IMG/VR virus record: IMGVR_UViG_3300010399_000031
Span: 62,001-126,000 of that record
Direction: 5' to 3' (one strand)
DNA length: 64,000 nucleotides
Below the pieces are notes generated by a model. The model saw only the letters and a program-made list of their open reading frames with translations. It had not been told where the DNA came from and searched no databases. This document shows positions 54,578 through 64,000 of this stretch, one piece after another; the first letter of the stretch is position 1; each line of letters begins with the position of its first letter. Position numbers and translations under genes: made by a program.

Positions 54578-56092
54578 ATGGACGCGATCAGCAATGCCGT
54601 GGATATCGGCCTGGGAAATATTCATCACATTGTCGATCTGTGGCGAGCCGGTAAAGCGGACTCGCTGATCGACTACACCCGCGTGACACGCGTCGAGCCC
54701 ATCGTTTTGGTGGATAACGACGTGATGTTTCATGACCTCACTCCGGAGATCATGCAGTCGCTGCTCTCCACGTTTGCCGGTTATTACTTGCAAGCGGCTG
54801 CTCTCTCGCTCACCGTGGGTCGGGTCCAGATCATGCGTCATCTGGATAAGCTCAACCCGCGCCGCTCGCCGCTCGATAGCGCAGCGGACACAGGTGTACT
54901 GGCCGCTGGTTGGATGATGGCGCAAGAGAACTACAAGTTCCGCTTGCCGCGCCTGTCCGACCAAGTGGCGATGGAGTCGCGCGATCGTTACGATCTGCTG
55001 CCGCTCGCTCTGCCGGCTCCGAGTCAGTTGACAATGGAATCGCTCGCACTCGAAGCTGGCGACCCGTATGCGTCGGAGAAAAATGCACGCGACGCTGAAC
55101 GCTTGCAGATCCAAAAGGACGCTGAACGCCGTCAACGTGAACAGTTTGGTCACCAACTGAACCAGGACGATATTCGCACTGCTCAGTCCAGTGCTGATTT
55201 CAACCTGCGCGAGAATCAATTCAAGCACCAGCAAGCTCAGTCAAATGCGCAGCAAGCGCATCAGGCTGCGCAACAACAACATCAAAAGGATGTGTTTGCC
55301 CATCAAAAGGGTCGTGACGCAAAGCAGCAGGCCAACCAAGATCGCAGTCACGAGCTGAGCACAAAAGAGTTCGAGCTGCGTGAGCAGCAGCTCAAGGATG
55401 CGCAAACGGCAACCGAGTTCGGCTACAGCCGGGATACGATCACTACGATCAAAGAGTTGGCCAATCTGTCCGTGGGTAAAATGCTCTCGGTGGAAATCAC
55501 CGATGGCAACCACAGCGCCTCGATTCCGGTTGCGGTTCGTCTCATGACAGCCTCGCTTCCGAGTTCGACCATGACTCATATCTTGTCTCTCGGCAAGAAG
55601 GACATTTCGATGAAGGCGCGCTGGCACGGCTGGCGCTCGGGCCGACTTCAGTTCTGGCGCGACCTCGTGATGTGTAACGATTTGATCGATGAACATCGTA
55701 ACGCCCTGATGAAAGATAAGGACGGGTTGTTCCGTCAGATCGTGGCACGCAAAACGAAAAACCGGTTCGCTGGTCTGCTCTCGGGTAATCCGTCGGTAGC
55801 TACCGCCTCGAACATGGCTGTCATCTCCAAAGAGACGGCAGATAAGATCGAGTTGGAGACGGTCGGTACGCTGAACGACTTTAACACGCGTCAGAAGCTC
55901 TTTGAGCCCACCTCGCTCATGATCCTCGTGGTTCTGAATAAGGACTACGATCGCGCAACGTTCTACTATCGCGGCATCGCGGAGAAGACGGAAGTGTCGA
56001 TGCGAGATCTGAAAGCAGCCAACAAGGGCAATGGTCCGGATGTGACGGAAATCTTGCGTGCATTCACGCAAGGTCACGCCCCGACGCTGTAA
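54578..56092 (+). CDS. inner-body/head protein (phiKZ gp89-like) with Q/H-rich insertion
   Basis: AME/TME/ALE sites; synteny before the gp90-like gene. Confidence 0.7.
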   Translation: MDAISNAVDIGLGNIHHIVDLWRAGKADSLIDYTRVTRVEPIVLVDNDVMFHDLTPEIMQSLLSTFAGYYLQAAALSLTVGRVQIMRHLDKLNPRRSPLDSAADTGVLAAGWMMAQENYKFRLPRLSDQVAMESRDRYDLLPLALPAPSQLTMESLALEAGDPYASEKNARDAERLQIQKDAERRQREQFGHQLNQDDIRTAQSSADFNLRENQFKHQQAQSNAQQAHQAAQQQHQKDVFAHQKGRDAKQQANQDRSHELSTKEFELREQQLKDAQTATEFGYSRDTITTIKELANLSVGKMLSVEITDGNHSASIPVAVRLMTASLPSSTMTHILSLGKKDISMKARWHGWRSGRLQFWRDLVMCNDLIDEHRNALMKDKDGLFRQIVARKTKNRFAGLLSGNPSVATASNMAVISKETADKIELETVGTLNDFNTRQKLFEPTSLMILVVLNKDYDRATFYYRGIAEKTEVSMRDLKAANKGNGPDVTEILRAFTQGHAPTL

Positions 56093-56155
56093 GTCTTGGT
56101 GGGAGGGATGAGTCCCTCCCCCTCCTTATTCCTCTCTTTCAAGACTAGAAACGTC

Positions 56156-56926
56156 ATGACTAAAGAAGTCGGTGTTTATATGCTTTACAACTCCGACACG
56201 GGTGAAGAATACGTTGGTAGTGGAGATCTTCAGAGAAGGAAGTCGACTCATTTCTCTGATTTAAGAAACAATCAACACCCAAATTGGAAACTTCAGAGAG
56301 CTTATAATCGTAATCCAAATTTTAATTTTATCGCTTTTCCTACGGATACTCGTAGATTAGCTGCCGAAATTGAACAGGAGATGATAAATAAGCTTTATGG
56401 TGAGCCCTTTTTCTTGAATATCTCGACATCAACAGATGCACCAATGTTGGGTCGAACGCATTCGCCAGAAGCGCGTGCGAAGATAAGTCAGCGTTTTCTG
56501 GGGCAGCCTAGTCCACATCGTGGAATTCCTATGGCTGAGGAAACCAAGGTTAAATTGAGTACAAAGGCAATTGAACGCTGGAGTAATCCCGAAGAAAGGG
56601 AGAGGCACAGTCAAAAATTAATTGGTCGAAAACTTTCACCTGAGCACGTGGAGAATGTGCGATCGGCATTAACCGGTAGATCGTTATCAGAAGAACACAA
56701 AACAAAGATTGGCGAGGCCAGCCGAGGTAGGGTGGATTCTCTAGAGACTCTCGAAAAGAGACGAAATTGTCAACCATCGATGAAGTCAGTCGTTGTCGAC
56801 GGTATTCCGTACAGAAGTGTCAATGAAGCTGCTAGAGCGCATGGTATTTCTTCTGAGGGAGCCGCGAAACGATTCAGGAGCACTACTCAACGATTTAGCG
56901 GGTGGGCTTTTGCTGTCGAAGATTAA
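56156..56926 (+). CDS. free-standing GIY-YIG homing endonuclease with NUMOD3-like repeats
   Basis: GVYMLYN...EYVGSG...RKSTHF...HPNWKLQRAYN; repeated GRxHS/GRxLSxEH units; AT-rich. Confidence 0.88.
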   Translation: MTKEVGVYMLYNSDTGEEYVGSGDLQRRKSTHFSDLRNNQHPNWKLQRAYNRNPNFNFIAFPTDTRRLAAEIEQEMINKLYGEPFFLNISTSTDAPMLGRTHSPEARAKISQRFLGQPSPHRGIPMAEETKVKLSTKAIERWSNPEERERHSQKLIGRKLSPEHVENVRSALTGRSLSEEHKTKIGEASRGRVDSLETLEKRRNCQPSMKSVVVDGIPYRSVNEAARAHGISSEGAAKRFRSTTQRFSGWAFAVED

Positions 56927-56942
56927 CATTTAAGGATTTTTT

Positions 56943-57860
56943 ATGCGCATCCCCCAATTTTTGACCTCGTTGCTGCCCACGTTCTCGAAGAACCGTATCG
57001 TCGAGGACATCAACATCACCACCGGTGAAATCACCGAGTACACTCATCCGGCTTACGCGATCGCCGCCCCGGACTTCAAGAATCACAAGTTCAGCTCCGA
57101 GCGCCTCAAACCGTTTCTTGGTTCGTTCGAGCGCCACATCAAGGGGCGGGGCAACTTCATCGTCAACATCGACAGTGGTTGGAAGACGGTTCTCGCCAAT
57201 CTGGAGGAGACCAAGCGTCTCGTGGAAGCCACCTACAACGAAGACGTTGGTGGCGCCGGGATCACCTACCTGAAAGCGAACCTCTTGCAGTTCGTGGAAC
57301 TGGTTGCCTTCACCTCCAAGTACGCTCGCAAGCTGCTGATCTTCGTCTATGCAGCAGAGACCGAAAAGTACCCCGACTCGGGTACGGTCTTTACCGACTC
57401 GATTAAACCCGCTGAAATCGAGTGGCTGCAATCGAACATGCAGAACTTCGGTCTTGCATGGAACATCGTCGCCACCGATCCGGCGGAGTTCAAAAAGAAG
57501 ATCAAAGAAATCCCCGACATCGTCGTCAAGCAAGAGGCAGCTGATGCGGTGAGCGCCGCCATTGGAGACCGCAAACTCGACCCATTCAGCATGAGGCTCA
57601 TCCCGGTGTGGATGAATCCGATTTACCATGTGCGCATGTTCGTCGCCCAGTGGCAGACCGAGCGTTACCACGAAGCCAAAGCAGAGTTGCAACTGCTCCA
57701 GCTGCACAAGCTCCATCTGCAAAAGCTCAAGGAAGGCAAACCCGACGCTGCCCTTAAGCAGCAGATCGAATACACCGAGAACCGCATCAGCAAGATCAGC
57801 GCGAAAATCGCTGATATGGAGGCGGAAGCTGGAGTCAACCAGCAAGGGGTGGCGGCATGA
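56943..57860 (+). CDS. inner-body/head protein (phiKZ gp90-like)
   Basis: 305 aa, very strong codon bias, C-terminal coiled coil; synteny. Confidence 0.65.
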   Translation: MRIPQFLTSLLPTFSKNRIVEDINITTGEITEYTHPAYAIAAPDFKNHKFSSERLKPFLGSFERHIKGRGNFIVNIDSGWKTVLANLEETKRLVEATYNEDVGGAGITYLKANLLQFVELVAFTSKYARKLLIFVYAAETEKYPDSGTVFTDSIKPAEIEWLQSNMQNFGLAWNIVATDPAEFKKKIKEIPDIVVKQEAADAVSAAIGDRKLDPFSMRLIPVWMNPIYHVRMFVAQWQTERYHEAKAELQLLQLHKLHLQKLKEGKPDAALKQQIEYTENRISKISAKIADMEAEAGVNQQGVAA

Positions 57861-58465
57861 GTGACTTTCAGCTGAAGATCTATCCACGGGGCTTTCTTGG
57901 CAAGCCGCTGGAGGCGCAGCTGAAGATGAAAGCCAAGCCGTTCGAATCACGGCTTAACGCACTGGCAGTGCGGGTGAACATCTTCACACCCCAGGTGAAC
58001 TCGGTCGACGCCAACCCCGTGGTTGAAACATTGTATGGTCAATGGATCAACCGGTCACCGGAAACCACCTCTTTCGAGTTTCGGAAGAAGGTGCTCATTG
58101 CCGCACTCGATGCGTTTGGCACAGACAACTTCTATGAGTGGTTTGCTGCTCAGCATGCGTCGCCTGCCTTCGGTGACCTGCACAAGCGTTTTCTGGAAGA
58201 TACGCTGTTCTTCCTGCAAAACGGTAAGCGCCAGATGGACTTGATGACGTGGACTTCGCTCGTGACGATCAATGATGCGGGCGAGCGTTTATTCGAGACC
58301 ACGGAGCTGGCACGCGAGTTTTTTGGTATTGCCGATGCCGATCATCAGTGGCGTCGTCCGGACAATCGCAAGGTTACCGAAGTCATCCAAAAGTGGCTGA
58401 CGCACGCACGAGGTTTCGATGACCTTGTGGGATCGCTTCATCTTCTGTTCGGGAATTTGACTTAA
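57857..58465 (+). CDS. conserved virion-region protein (phiKZ gp91/92 position)
   Basis: ATGA overlap with previous gene. Confidence 0.6.
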   Translation: MSDFQLKIYPRGFLGKPLEAQLKMKAKPFESRLNALAVRVNIFTPQVNSVDANPVVETLYGQWINRSPETTSFEFRKKVLIAALDAFGTDNFYEWFAAQHASPAFGDLHKRFLEDTLFFLQNGKRQMDLMTWTSLVTINDAGERLFETTELAREFFGIADADHQWRRPDNRKVTEVIQKWLTHARGFDDLVGSLHLLFGNLT

Positions 58466-58591
58466 GCTCACCGTGGTTTTCTTTTGATACTATAGTGACT
58501 TGAGGAAAACTCGTTCAGTCATGAAAAGGTAGTATCCGCGCGGGTACCTACTGGTAGTTAAACTTTCACCTATTGCAATAGGAGCAATACC

Positions 58592-59908
58592 ATGCGTCGC
58601 ATGTATAGTGGCCTCGTGGCCGCAATGGAAAACGAAAAAGTCAACAACGACGACAAGAAGGAGCTACCCGATCACGCGGACTCCCTGGAAACCGACGTTG
58701 CTGACATCAACGAGACGGCGGCCGACGGCGAAGCGCATCAAGCCAACATCGACCAAGCCGAAGCCACAGCCGAAGCGCTCGAACAGTTCCGTGTCGCTCT
58801 CGAAGGCATGCAAGGCGACGGCGGCATCGACGGCAAGGCCGCGCAGCTGCTGCACATCGGTGCGAGCTTCATGGTGGGTAACGTCGGTGGTTCGAACCCG
58901 AACACGGTTGTGCCGGCCATGGAATCGTTCGGTGGCACGGGTAGCCGCCTGCAAGCCGGTACGATCGCCCTCGAAGAAATCAAGGAACGCATCGCCGAAA
59001 TCTGGCGCGCGATCGTCGAGGCCATCAAGAAGGCAGCGGCTTTTGTCGCTGGCTACTGGATGAAGGTGTTCGGTGCAGCCGAGAAGCTGCAACGTCGCGC
59101 GAAGGAACTCGAAGAGCGCGCTCGTCAGACGACCGGTCAAGCCAAGAACAAGGAAATCGAGGACAGCGGTATCGCCTCGCGCGTTCACATGGGTGCGGGC
59201 GGCGGTGGCGTGGCCGAAGGTCTGACGGCTCTGAAGGAAGTCACGAGCGCGATCGTCACGCGCGGCGCAGCCACGGGTGGCGAAGTCGGCAAGAAAGCGG
59301 TCGAAGCGGTCAAGGCGCTCGACGGTAAGAACCTGCCCGAGATCCTGAAGCTGTGTGAGCCGATCCCCGGTTCGAAGAAGATCGACAACCCGCAGCAAGC
59401 CGGCGTAGCCGCAGCTCCCGAAGGTCTGGCCGTCTACGGTACCGCGGAGTTGCCGGGCAACTTCGCGGTCGTTTCGTGGGTGCCGGCCGGTGACGGTGGC
59501 GAGTTCGCCTCGCAAGTCAAACAACTCTCGGCTGTCGCCTACAAGACGGTTCAGGTGAACAAGGGTGCGAAGGCCGATGCCAAGCTCTCCGTAATGTCGC
59601 TCGCCGAATGCGGTTCGGTGGCCAAGCAAGTCGGCACGATCGCCGACGAGCTGCTCGCCATGCGCAAGAACACGAGCAACCTGAACGCGATCCAGAAGGA
59701 ACTCGCTTCGGCTGCCGAAGGCGTGGCGTCCAAGGCTGGTTCGGAAGAAGACGAATCGAAGCGCGAGCAGATGTCGGCCGTGAAGGCGATCGCCACTGCC
59801 GCGAACCGCCTGCTCGTCGAGCCGGGCGCGTCGTTCTCGAAGTACGCCATCCAGGCGTGCGAAGCGTATCTGCACTGGGTCGAGAAGTCGCTCAAGCAGT
59901 ACGCGTAA
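58592..59908 (+). CDS. internal head (ejection) protein, phiKZ gp93/94/95/97 paralog family
   Basis: Acidic propeptide with AME, SLE, ALE x3 and PAME sites, then IAEIWRAIVEAIKK helix. Confidence 0.8.
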   Translation: MRRMYSGLVAAMENEKVNNDDKKELPDHADSLETDVADINETAADGEAHQANIDQAEATAEALEQFRVALEGMQGDGGIDGKAAQLLHIGASFMVGNVGGSNPNTVVPAMESFGGTGSRLQAGTIALEEIKERIAEIWRAIVEAIKKAAAFVAGYWMKVFGAAEKLQRRAKELEERARQTTGQAKNKEIEDSGIASRVHMGAGGGGVAEGLTALKEVTSAIVTRGAATGGEVGKKAVEAVKALDGKNLPEILKLCEPIPGSKKIDNPQQAGVAAAPEGLAVYGTAELPGNFAVVSWVPAGDGGEFASQVKQLSAVAYKTVQVNKGAKADAKLSVMSLAECGSVAKQVGTIADELLAMRKNTSNLNAIQKELASAAEGVASKAGSEEDESKREQMSAVKAIATAANRLLVEPGASFSKYAIQACEAYLHWVEKSLKQYA

Positions 59909-60006
59909 GCTTCGGCATCGCGCCGTAGTTGGAGTTGCGCCCTCGCTCTCTTGGTGAGACGCGAGGGCGTTTCTTCTCTTTCCCTTTTTCAAAAGGCAAA
60001 ACGAAC

Positions 60007-61368
60007 ATGCGTCGCTTTCTGCATGTCGCCCTGGAAAACCATCAAGACAAACTCGATGGTCCGCCGCTGGGCGATGAAAACATTTCGATGGAAGAAGAAG
60101 CCATCATGATCGACGAAGGTAGCCAGGCGGCTGCCGAATGCGACCAAGACCTCAAAGAGGCCGAGCGCATCGTCGAAGTGTCCAACGCACTGGAGGACCT
60201 CGCGGTCGTCGCCGGTTCCAAGGAAGACCTCTCGGACGACGAAGCACGTCTGATGGAACATGCCGGCGACATGGCGGTTGCCGGTACGGACGTCGAGCCG
60301 GACGAAATCGTCCCGGCGATGGAGGCGTTTCGCGACAAGGAAACGGGCAAGATCTCCGGCAAGCTCGCCATGGAGAACTTCCGTGAGAAGGCCGAGCGCC
60401 TGTGGCAGAACATCAAGCGCATCCTGAAGGAAATCTGGGAGAAGATCGCCCAGTTTTTCTACAAGATCTTCGGCACCATCCCGCGTCGTCGCAAGGCTCT
60501 GAAGTCGCTCGCCGAGAAGGTCGAGGCCACGCATTCGATGCAACGCGACAAGGCCAAGTTCACCGTCGGTGCCTCGCGCTTCATGTTCACGGGCAACACC
60601 GCCGTGAAAACCGGTGGCGCACTCGAAGCCGCCGTGAAGGAATTCGTCGCCACGGGTCAGTGGATCTACGGCGACTACGTCTCGCACGTGAAGGGTCTGG
60701 CCGAATCGGTGGCCAAGGGTCTGGACAGTTTCGACGTCGAAAAACCTGCCGAAGCAACGAAGATGGTTGCCGAAGCACTCGTGCGTGAAGGCAAGGGTCG
60801 CAAGGTTCCCGGTCAAGGCAGCTACGCCGGCAACTCGCGTTGGACCAACTTCGAAGTGGCCAAGGGGCACGACCTTCTCGGCGGCGTCTCGCTCTTCTCG
60901 CTCGCTCCCAAGGCAGCCGAAGGCGTGGGCGACCTCGCTGTGCTCGACCGTTCGCGTCAAGCCGTCATCCAACTCGCTCCTTCGAGCGAGAAGGCGAGCG
61001 GCAACAACAACGCGATCGAATTCCAGACCCTGACGCAGGCCGAGTCGCTCGGTCTCATCAAGGAACTGGAAAAGCTGCTCGACTCGATGGAGCAGTATCA
61101 GCGCGGCAAGGTCAAGGGCGAGATCGAATCGGCGAAGAAGAAGATCGCCGATGCTTCCGAGAAGGCCGAGAAGGCCGGCGAAGCCAAGCGTGGCTCGGAA
61201 GATGCAGGCGAGCGTGCAGCGGTGCCGCACTACAAGGCACTGGTGCAGTTCAACGTCGCTCTGGCTCGCTGGATTCAGAGCCCGACGATCGAGTTCACCA
61301 AGCTTGCGTTCGGTGTGATCAACCAAGCCGAAGTGCTCATCAGCCGCAGCGTGGCGCAGTACAAGTAA
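60007..61368 (+). CDS. internal head (ejection) protein, second paralog
   Basis: MRRFLHVALE start, SME/ALE/AME sites, then AERLWQNIKRILKEIW helix. Confidence 0.8.
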   Translation: MRRFLHVALENHQDKLDGPPLGDENISMEEEAIMIDEGSQAAAECDQDLKEAERIVEVSNALEDLAVVAGSKEDLSDDEARLMEHAGDMAVAGTDVEPDEIVPAMEAFRDKETGKISGKLAMENFREKAERLWQNIKRILKEIWEKIAQFFYKIFGTIPRRRKALKSLAEKVEATHSMQRDKAKFTVGASRFMFTGNTAVKTGGALEAAVKEFVATGQWIYGDYVSHVKGLAESVAKGLDSFDVEKPAEATKMVAEALVREGKGRKVPGQGSYAGNSRWTNFEVAKGHDLLGGVSLFSLAPKAAEGVGDLAVLDRSRQAVIQLAPSSEKASGNNNAIEFQTLTQAESLGLIKELEKLLDSMEQYQRGKVKGEIESAKKKIADASEKAEKAGEAKRGSEDAGERAAVPHYKALVQFNVALARWIQSPTIEFTKLAFGVINQAEVLISRSVAQYK

Positions 61369-61387
61369 GCGCAGGCGGTGTCGTAAA

Positions 61388-61467
61388 GCAGAGGCGGGGA
61401 AACCTGCCTCTGCTGTGGATTAAGTGTAAAAAGGGGTTGGGGTTGCCCGGCCCCTTTTTATGCCGTC
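61388..61467 (+). terminator. tandem terminator hairpins followed by TATGCC
   Basis: GCAGAGGCGGG-GAAA-CCTGCCTCTGC and AAAAAGGGGTTGGG-GTTG-CCCGGCCCCTTTTT. Confidence 0.85.
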
Positions 61468-61515
61468 ACCAAGAAACGAATTTTATGAAAACTCAATCTA
61501 AGTAAGGGCACCCTC

Positions 61516-63078
61516 ATGCCGAAAATCCAATGGCCGATCACCGATACCGATCAGACGGTGCTGCGCCCCGTCGTCGTCGGTATTGTGGAAGAGATTAAAG
61601 AGTACACCGATATGCCTGAAGGGATGCCGATTCTTTATCCGGGTCCCGACGGTAAGACGTATCAACCTGGTAGCAGTATCAACAAAGACGATCTATCGAA
61701 CCAAGTGCGCGGGCAGATGTACAATCAACTCGCCATTGAAGTCGATGAGCAATACGAACACGATGCTTACCTCACTACTCCTGTCGAGCATCCAGAGCAT
61801 CTGTTTATTTTCCGCGACGATTATCTGGACACGTACATCAAACCCGCTTATTCGTCGATGGATGTCACGATTAATATCCGTTTTCGTGCCCAAGACAAAA
61901 CCACCGCTGAACGCTGGCGCGCCCAGATGAAGATGAAGATCGGACGCGGTAAGCTCGTCAATTTACACACCGTTACCTACAGTTACTTAATCCCTCCAGC
62001 TATGCTTGCAATCTTGCAAGAGATTCACAGGCTGAGGGAGAACGTAGCCCCTTATGGGCAAGATTGGAACACGTATTTCACAAGCACTGTGTCACCAAAA
62101 GCAACCCTGGTGACCGATCAAGCTGGGAAAAACCAAGCCTGGGTGATGGCTGAGTCTCAGATGCGAGTTCAAGGTTACTGGGATTTGGATGGAGCGGTGG
62201 AAAAAGGTGGTCGAGGCGATGATGGTGGCGAGACCTGGCTTATTACCGCAGCGTATAAGTTTCGCTACCATAAGCCTGAAGTGTGCTGGATGCGCTATCC
62301 ACTGATGATCCACAATCAGTTGCTCGATCAGAAGTTTCGACCTGAACATGGGCCTTATGAGATCGAGAAACAACAGCGAACCTACCAATGGAGTACGAAG
62401 ACATTTAGCTCTTTTGAGAAGGGGCGGCTTATCACCCATTTGCAAAAACGAGACGGAGTTGAGCTACCTTCGTTTGATGAGTGGTATCCGAATGAAGTTT
62501 GGCCGTGGACCAAGCGACTCGCATCGATCATGCTCTACATCGATACGAATAATCCGCGACTGATTACGAATCTTATCAGTGACATCAATCCCTACACGTT
62601 TGAACCCGAAGTGTTGGTGTTTTTGCAAAGCGAAGCGCCATACATGACAAAACCTTTGGCTTCGCTCATTAGTTTGACGCTTTACCAAGGTAATTCACTC
62701 ATGGATCCGTCCTCGATCACCGTGGATAGTAATCTAGACGTGACGACCACGTTTGATCCGGATCTGCGACAATCGTATCATATTCGTCTGGCGTTTTACA
62801 GCAACTTAGCGGTTTTGACTCCGGCTGCACGAGAGCGCTTGCAGTCGAGCTGCGGAGCAGCTGTGAAGATCTTTGACTATTTGGATCCGACGTTAAAATT
62901 GCGCAATCAACTCCCGACGTGTATTATACCGGGTAACTGGTTGCCTAAACCTGGATTACAACAAATCACAGATACTTTAAACGCTGGAACCATCTCCAAG
63001 GGTAACGGTCAAACCTACGGGACCATGAAAACCGTGTCGACCGCAATCTTGATCGCCCATCGCGCAGAGAGTAAATAA
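61516..63078 (+). CDS. virion structural protein (phiKZ gp98/99 position)
   Basis: 520-aa ORF, AAGGG upstream; synteny. Confidence 0.6.
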   Translation: MPKIQWPITDTDQTVLRPVVVGIVEEIKEYTDMPEGMPILYPGPDGKTYQPGSSINKDDLSNQVRGQMYNQLAIEVDEQYEHDAYLTTPVEHPEHLFIFRDDYLDTYIKPAYSSMDVTINIRFRAQDKTTAERWRAQMKMKIGRGKLVNLHTVTYSYLIPPAMLAILQEIHRLRENVAPYGQDWNTYFTSTVSPKATLVTDQAGKNQAWVMAESQMRVQGYWDLDGAVEKGGRGDDGGETWLITAAYKFRYHKPEVCWMRYPLMIHNQLLDQKFRPEHGPYEIEKQQRTYQWSTKTFSSFEKGRLITHLQKRDGVELPSFDEWYPNEVWPWTKRLASIMLYIDTNNPRLITNLISDINPYTFEPEVLVFLQSEAPYMTKPLASLISLTLYQGNSLMDPSSITVDSNLDVTTTFDPDLRQSYHIRLAFYSNLAVLTPAARERLQSSCGAAVKIFDYLDPTLKLRNQLPTCIIPGNWLPKPGLQQITDTLNAGTISKGNGQTYGTMKTVSTAILIAHRAESK

Positions 63079-63079
63079 C

Positions 63080-64000
63080 ATGCCCGCAGTTCTTCAACCT
63101 GGTCCGAACACTCCGCCAACGGAGCAACCGCACCCCCCCAAGATCTACTCGGAACGCTACAAGGGTGTAACAGTTGACACCCGGTATATTCCGACCACGG
63201 CGTTACTCACTCACGTGGAAGGTTCACCATTGATGGTGAATTACTACGCACAAGTGGTGAGTCGTGATTCAGAAGTGGCGGGACAAAACGTGAATCGTTC
63301 CCCTACGATCCAACAGTATCAATTGATCAAGGGAATGGAGATCCGAGTTACGGAAGCATTAAAGTGGAGTCAAAACGACGAAACTAAACAGTTTACAGCG
63401 ACAGGTTCAGCCAACGTCTATCCGTTTTTGACACCGAATCTAGGTGACATGTTTTTGATGGATGTCGGTAGTGGTCGAGAAGGAATCATGCAGATAACCG
63501 ACACTCGGCGGTTATCTATTTTTGAAGAAGCGATTCACGAGATCGATTACACTTTCGTATCGTTTTCTGACCAGGATCAGTTGCGTTTAGCAGATCTTAA
63601 TACGAAGGTGGTGGAATCATACACCTACGCCAAAGACTTTTTGCAGTACGGACAAAATCCTGTACTGCTCGATCAAGATGCTGAAAACGTCGCGCAATTA
63701 AAGTACGCATATTCAGACATCGTTCGTCAGTATTTTAAGGAGTTTCTTTCCAATGAATACAAGACGTTGATTATCCCTGGTCAGGCGTGGGCGGTTTACG
63801 ATCACTTTCTTACCAAATTCATGCTGAAGTTTTGTACGACACTCAATTCTCCAGAAATTCAGTATTGCCGATTACTGAATGTCGATGGTGTGGACGATAT
63901 GAAAACTCCTACCTTCTGGGATATGTGTCTACAACGTAACGAAATGATCAAACGTATTCTCAACATGCGGATGAGTTTGACAGCGACTTTGTATTTTCCG
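63080..64000 (+). CDS. virion structural protein, truncated by the window end
   Basis: Read by eye: ATG 63080, MPAVLQPGPNTPP...HVEGSPLMVNYY..., open towards the window edge; not in the ORF track. Confidence 0.65.
   Translation, partial: MPAVLQPGPNTPPTEQPHPPKIYSERYKGVTVDTRYIPTTALLTHVEGSPLMVNYYAQVVSRDSEVAGQNVNRSPTIQQYQLIKGMEIRVTEALKWSQNDETKQFTATGSANVYPFLTPNLGDMFLMDVGSGREGIMQITDTRRLSIFEEAIHEIDYTFVSFSDQDQLRLADLNTKVVESYTYAKDFLQYGQNPVLLDQDAENVAQLKYAYSDIVRQYFKEFLSNEYKTLIIPGQAWAVYDHFLTKFMLKFCTTLNSPEIQYCRLLNVDGVDDMKTPTFWDMCLQRNEMIKRILNMRMSLTATLYFP

Noticed and set aside
56093-56942. Intron around the GIY-YIG gene
   Set aside because: Flanks are only about 60 and 16 nt and both neighbouring genes are intact
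1-64000. Stop-codon reassignment (alternative genetic code)
   Set aside because: Standard code gives full-length conserved proteins, and TAA, TAG and TGA all end genuine genes

Overview
This window is a 64-kb segment of a nucleus-forming, phiKZ-like jumbo phage genome (Chimalliviridae). It is roughly collinear with the phiKZ gp4x-gp99 core block. phiKZ gp-number correspondences come from synteny and recalled motifs, not from a database search. Contents in order: (1) a tandem array of short paralogous ORFs; (2) a ~340-nt structured intergenic region; (3) the polymerase half of a split family-B DNA polymerase; (4) an accessory island of small membrane proteins, an RMF-like protein, a gene interrupted by a 46-nt palindrome, and a QueC-like protein; (5) chimallin, non-virion RNAP subunits, an SbcD nuclease, and ChmC-, gp68- and PicA-like genes; (6) an RNAP beta gene split by a group I intron carrying an HNH endonuclease; (7) an SF2 helicase, a DarG-like macrodomain, a virion RNAP subunit and a free-standing HNH; (8) a huge Asp/Ser/Thr/Ala-rich protein, a modular endolysin and the exonuclease half of the polymerase; (9) baseplate and head/inner-body genes with a GIY-YIG insertion. 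No canonical tRNA, rRNA or CRISPR array was found. The least-explained signals are the candidate ncRNA (4555-4900), the paralog array (1201-4073), the palindrome-split gene (9910-10417), the standalone QueC-like gene and a nine-copy hairpin+TATGCC element.
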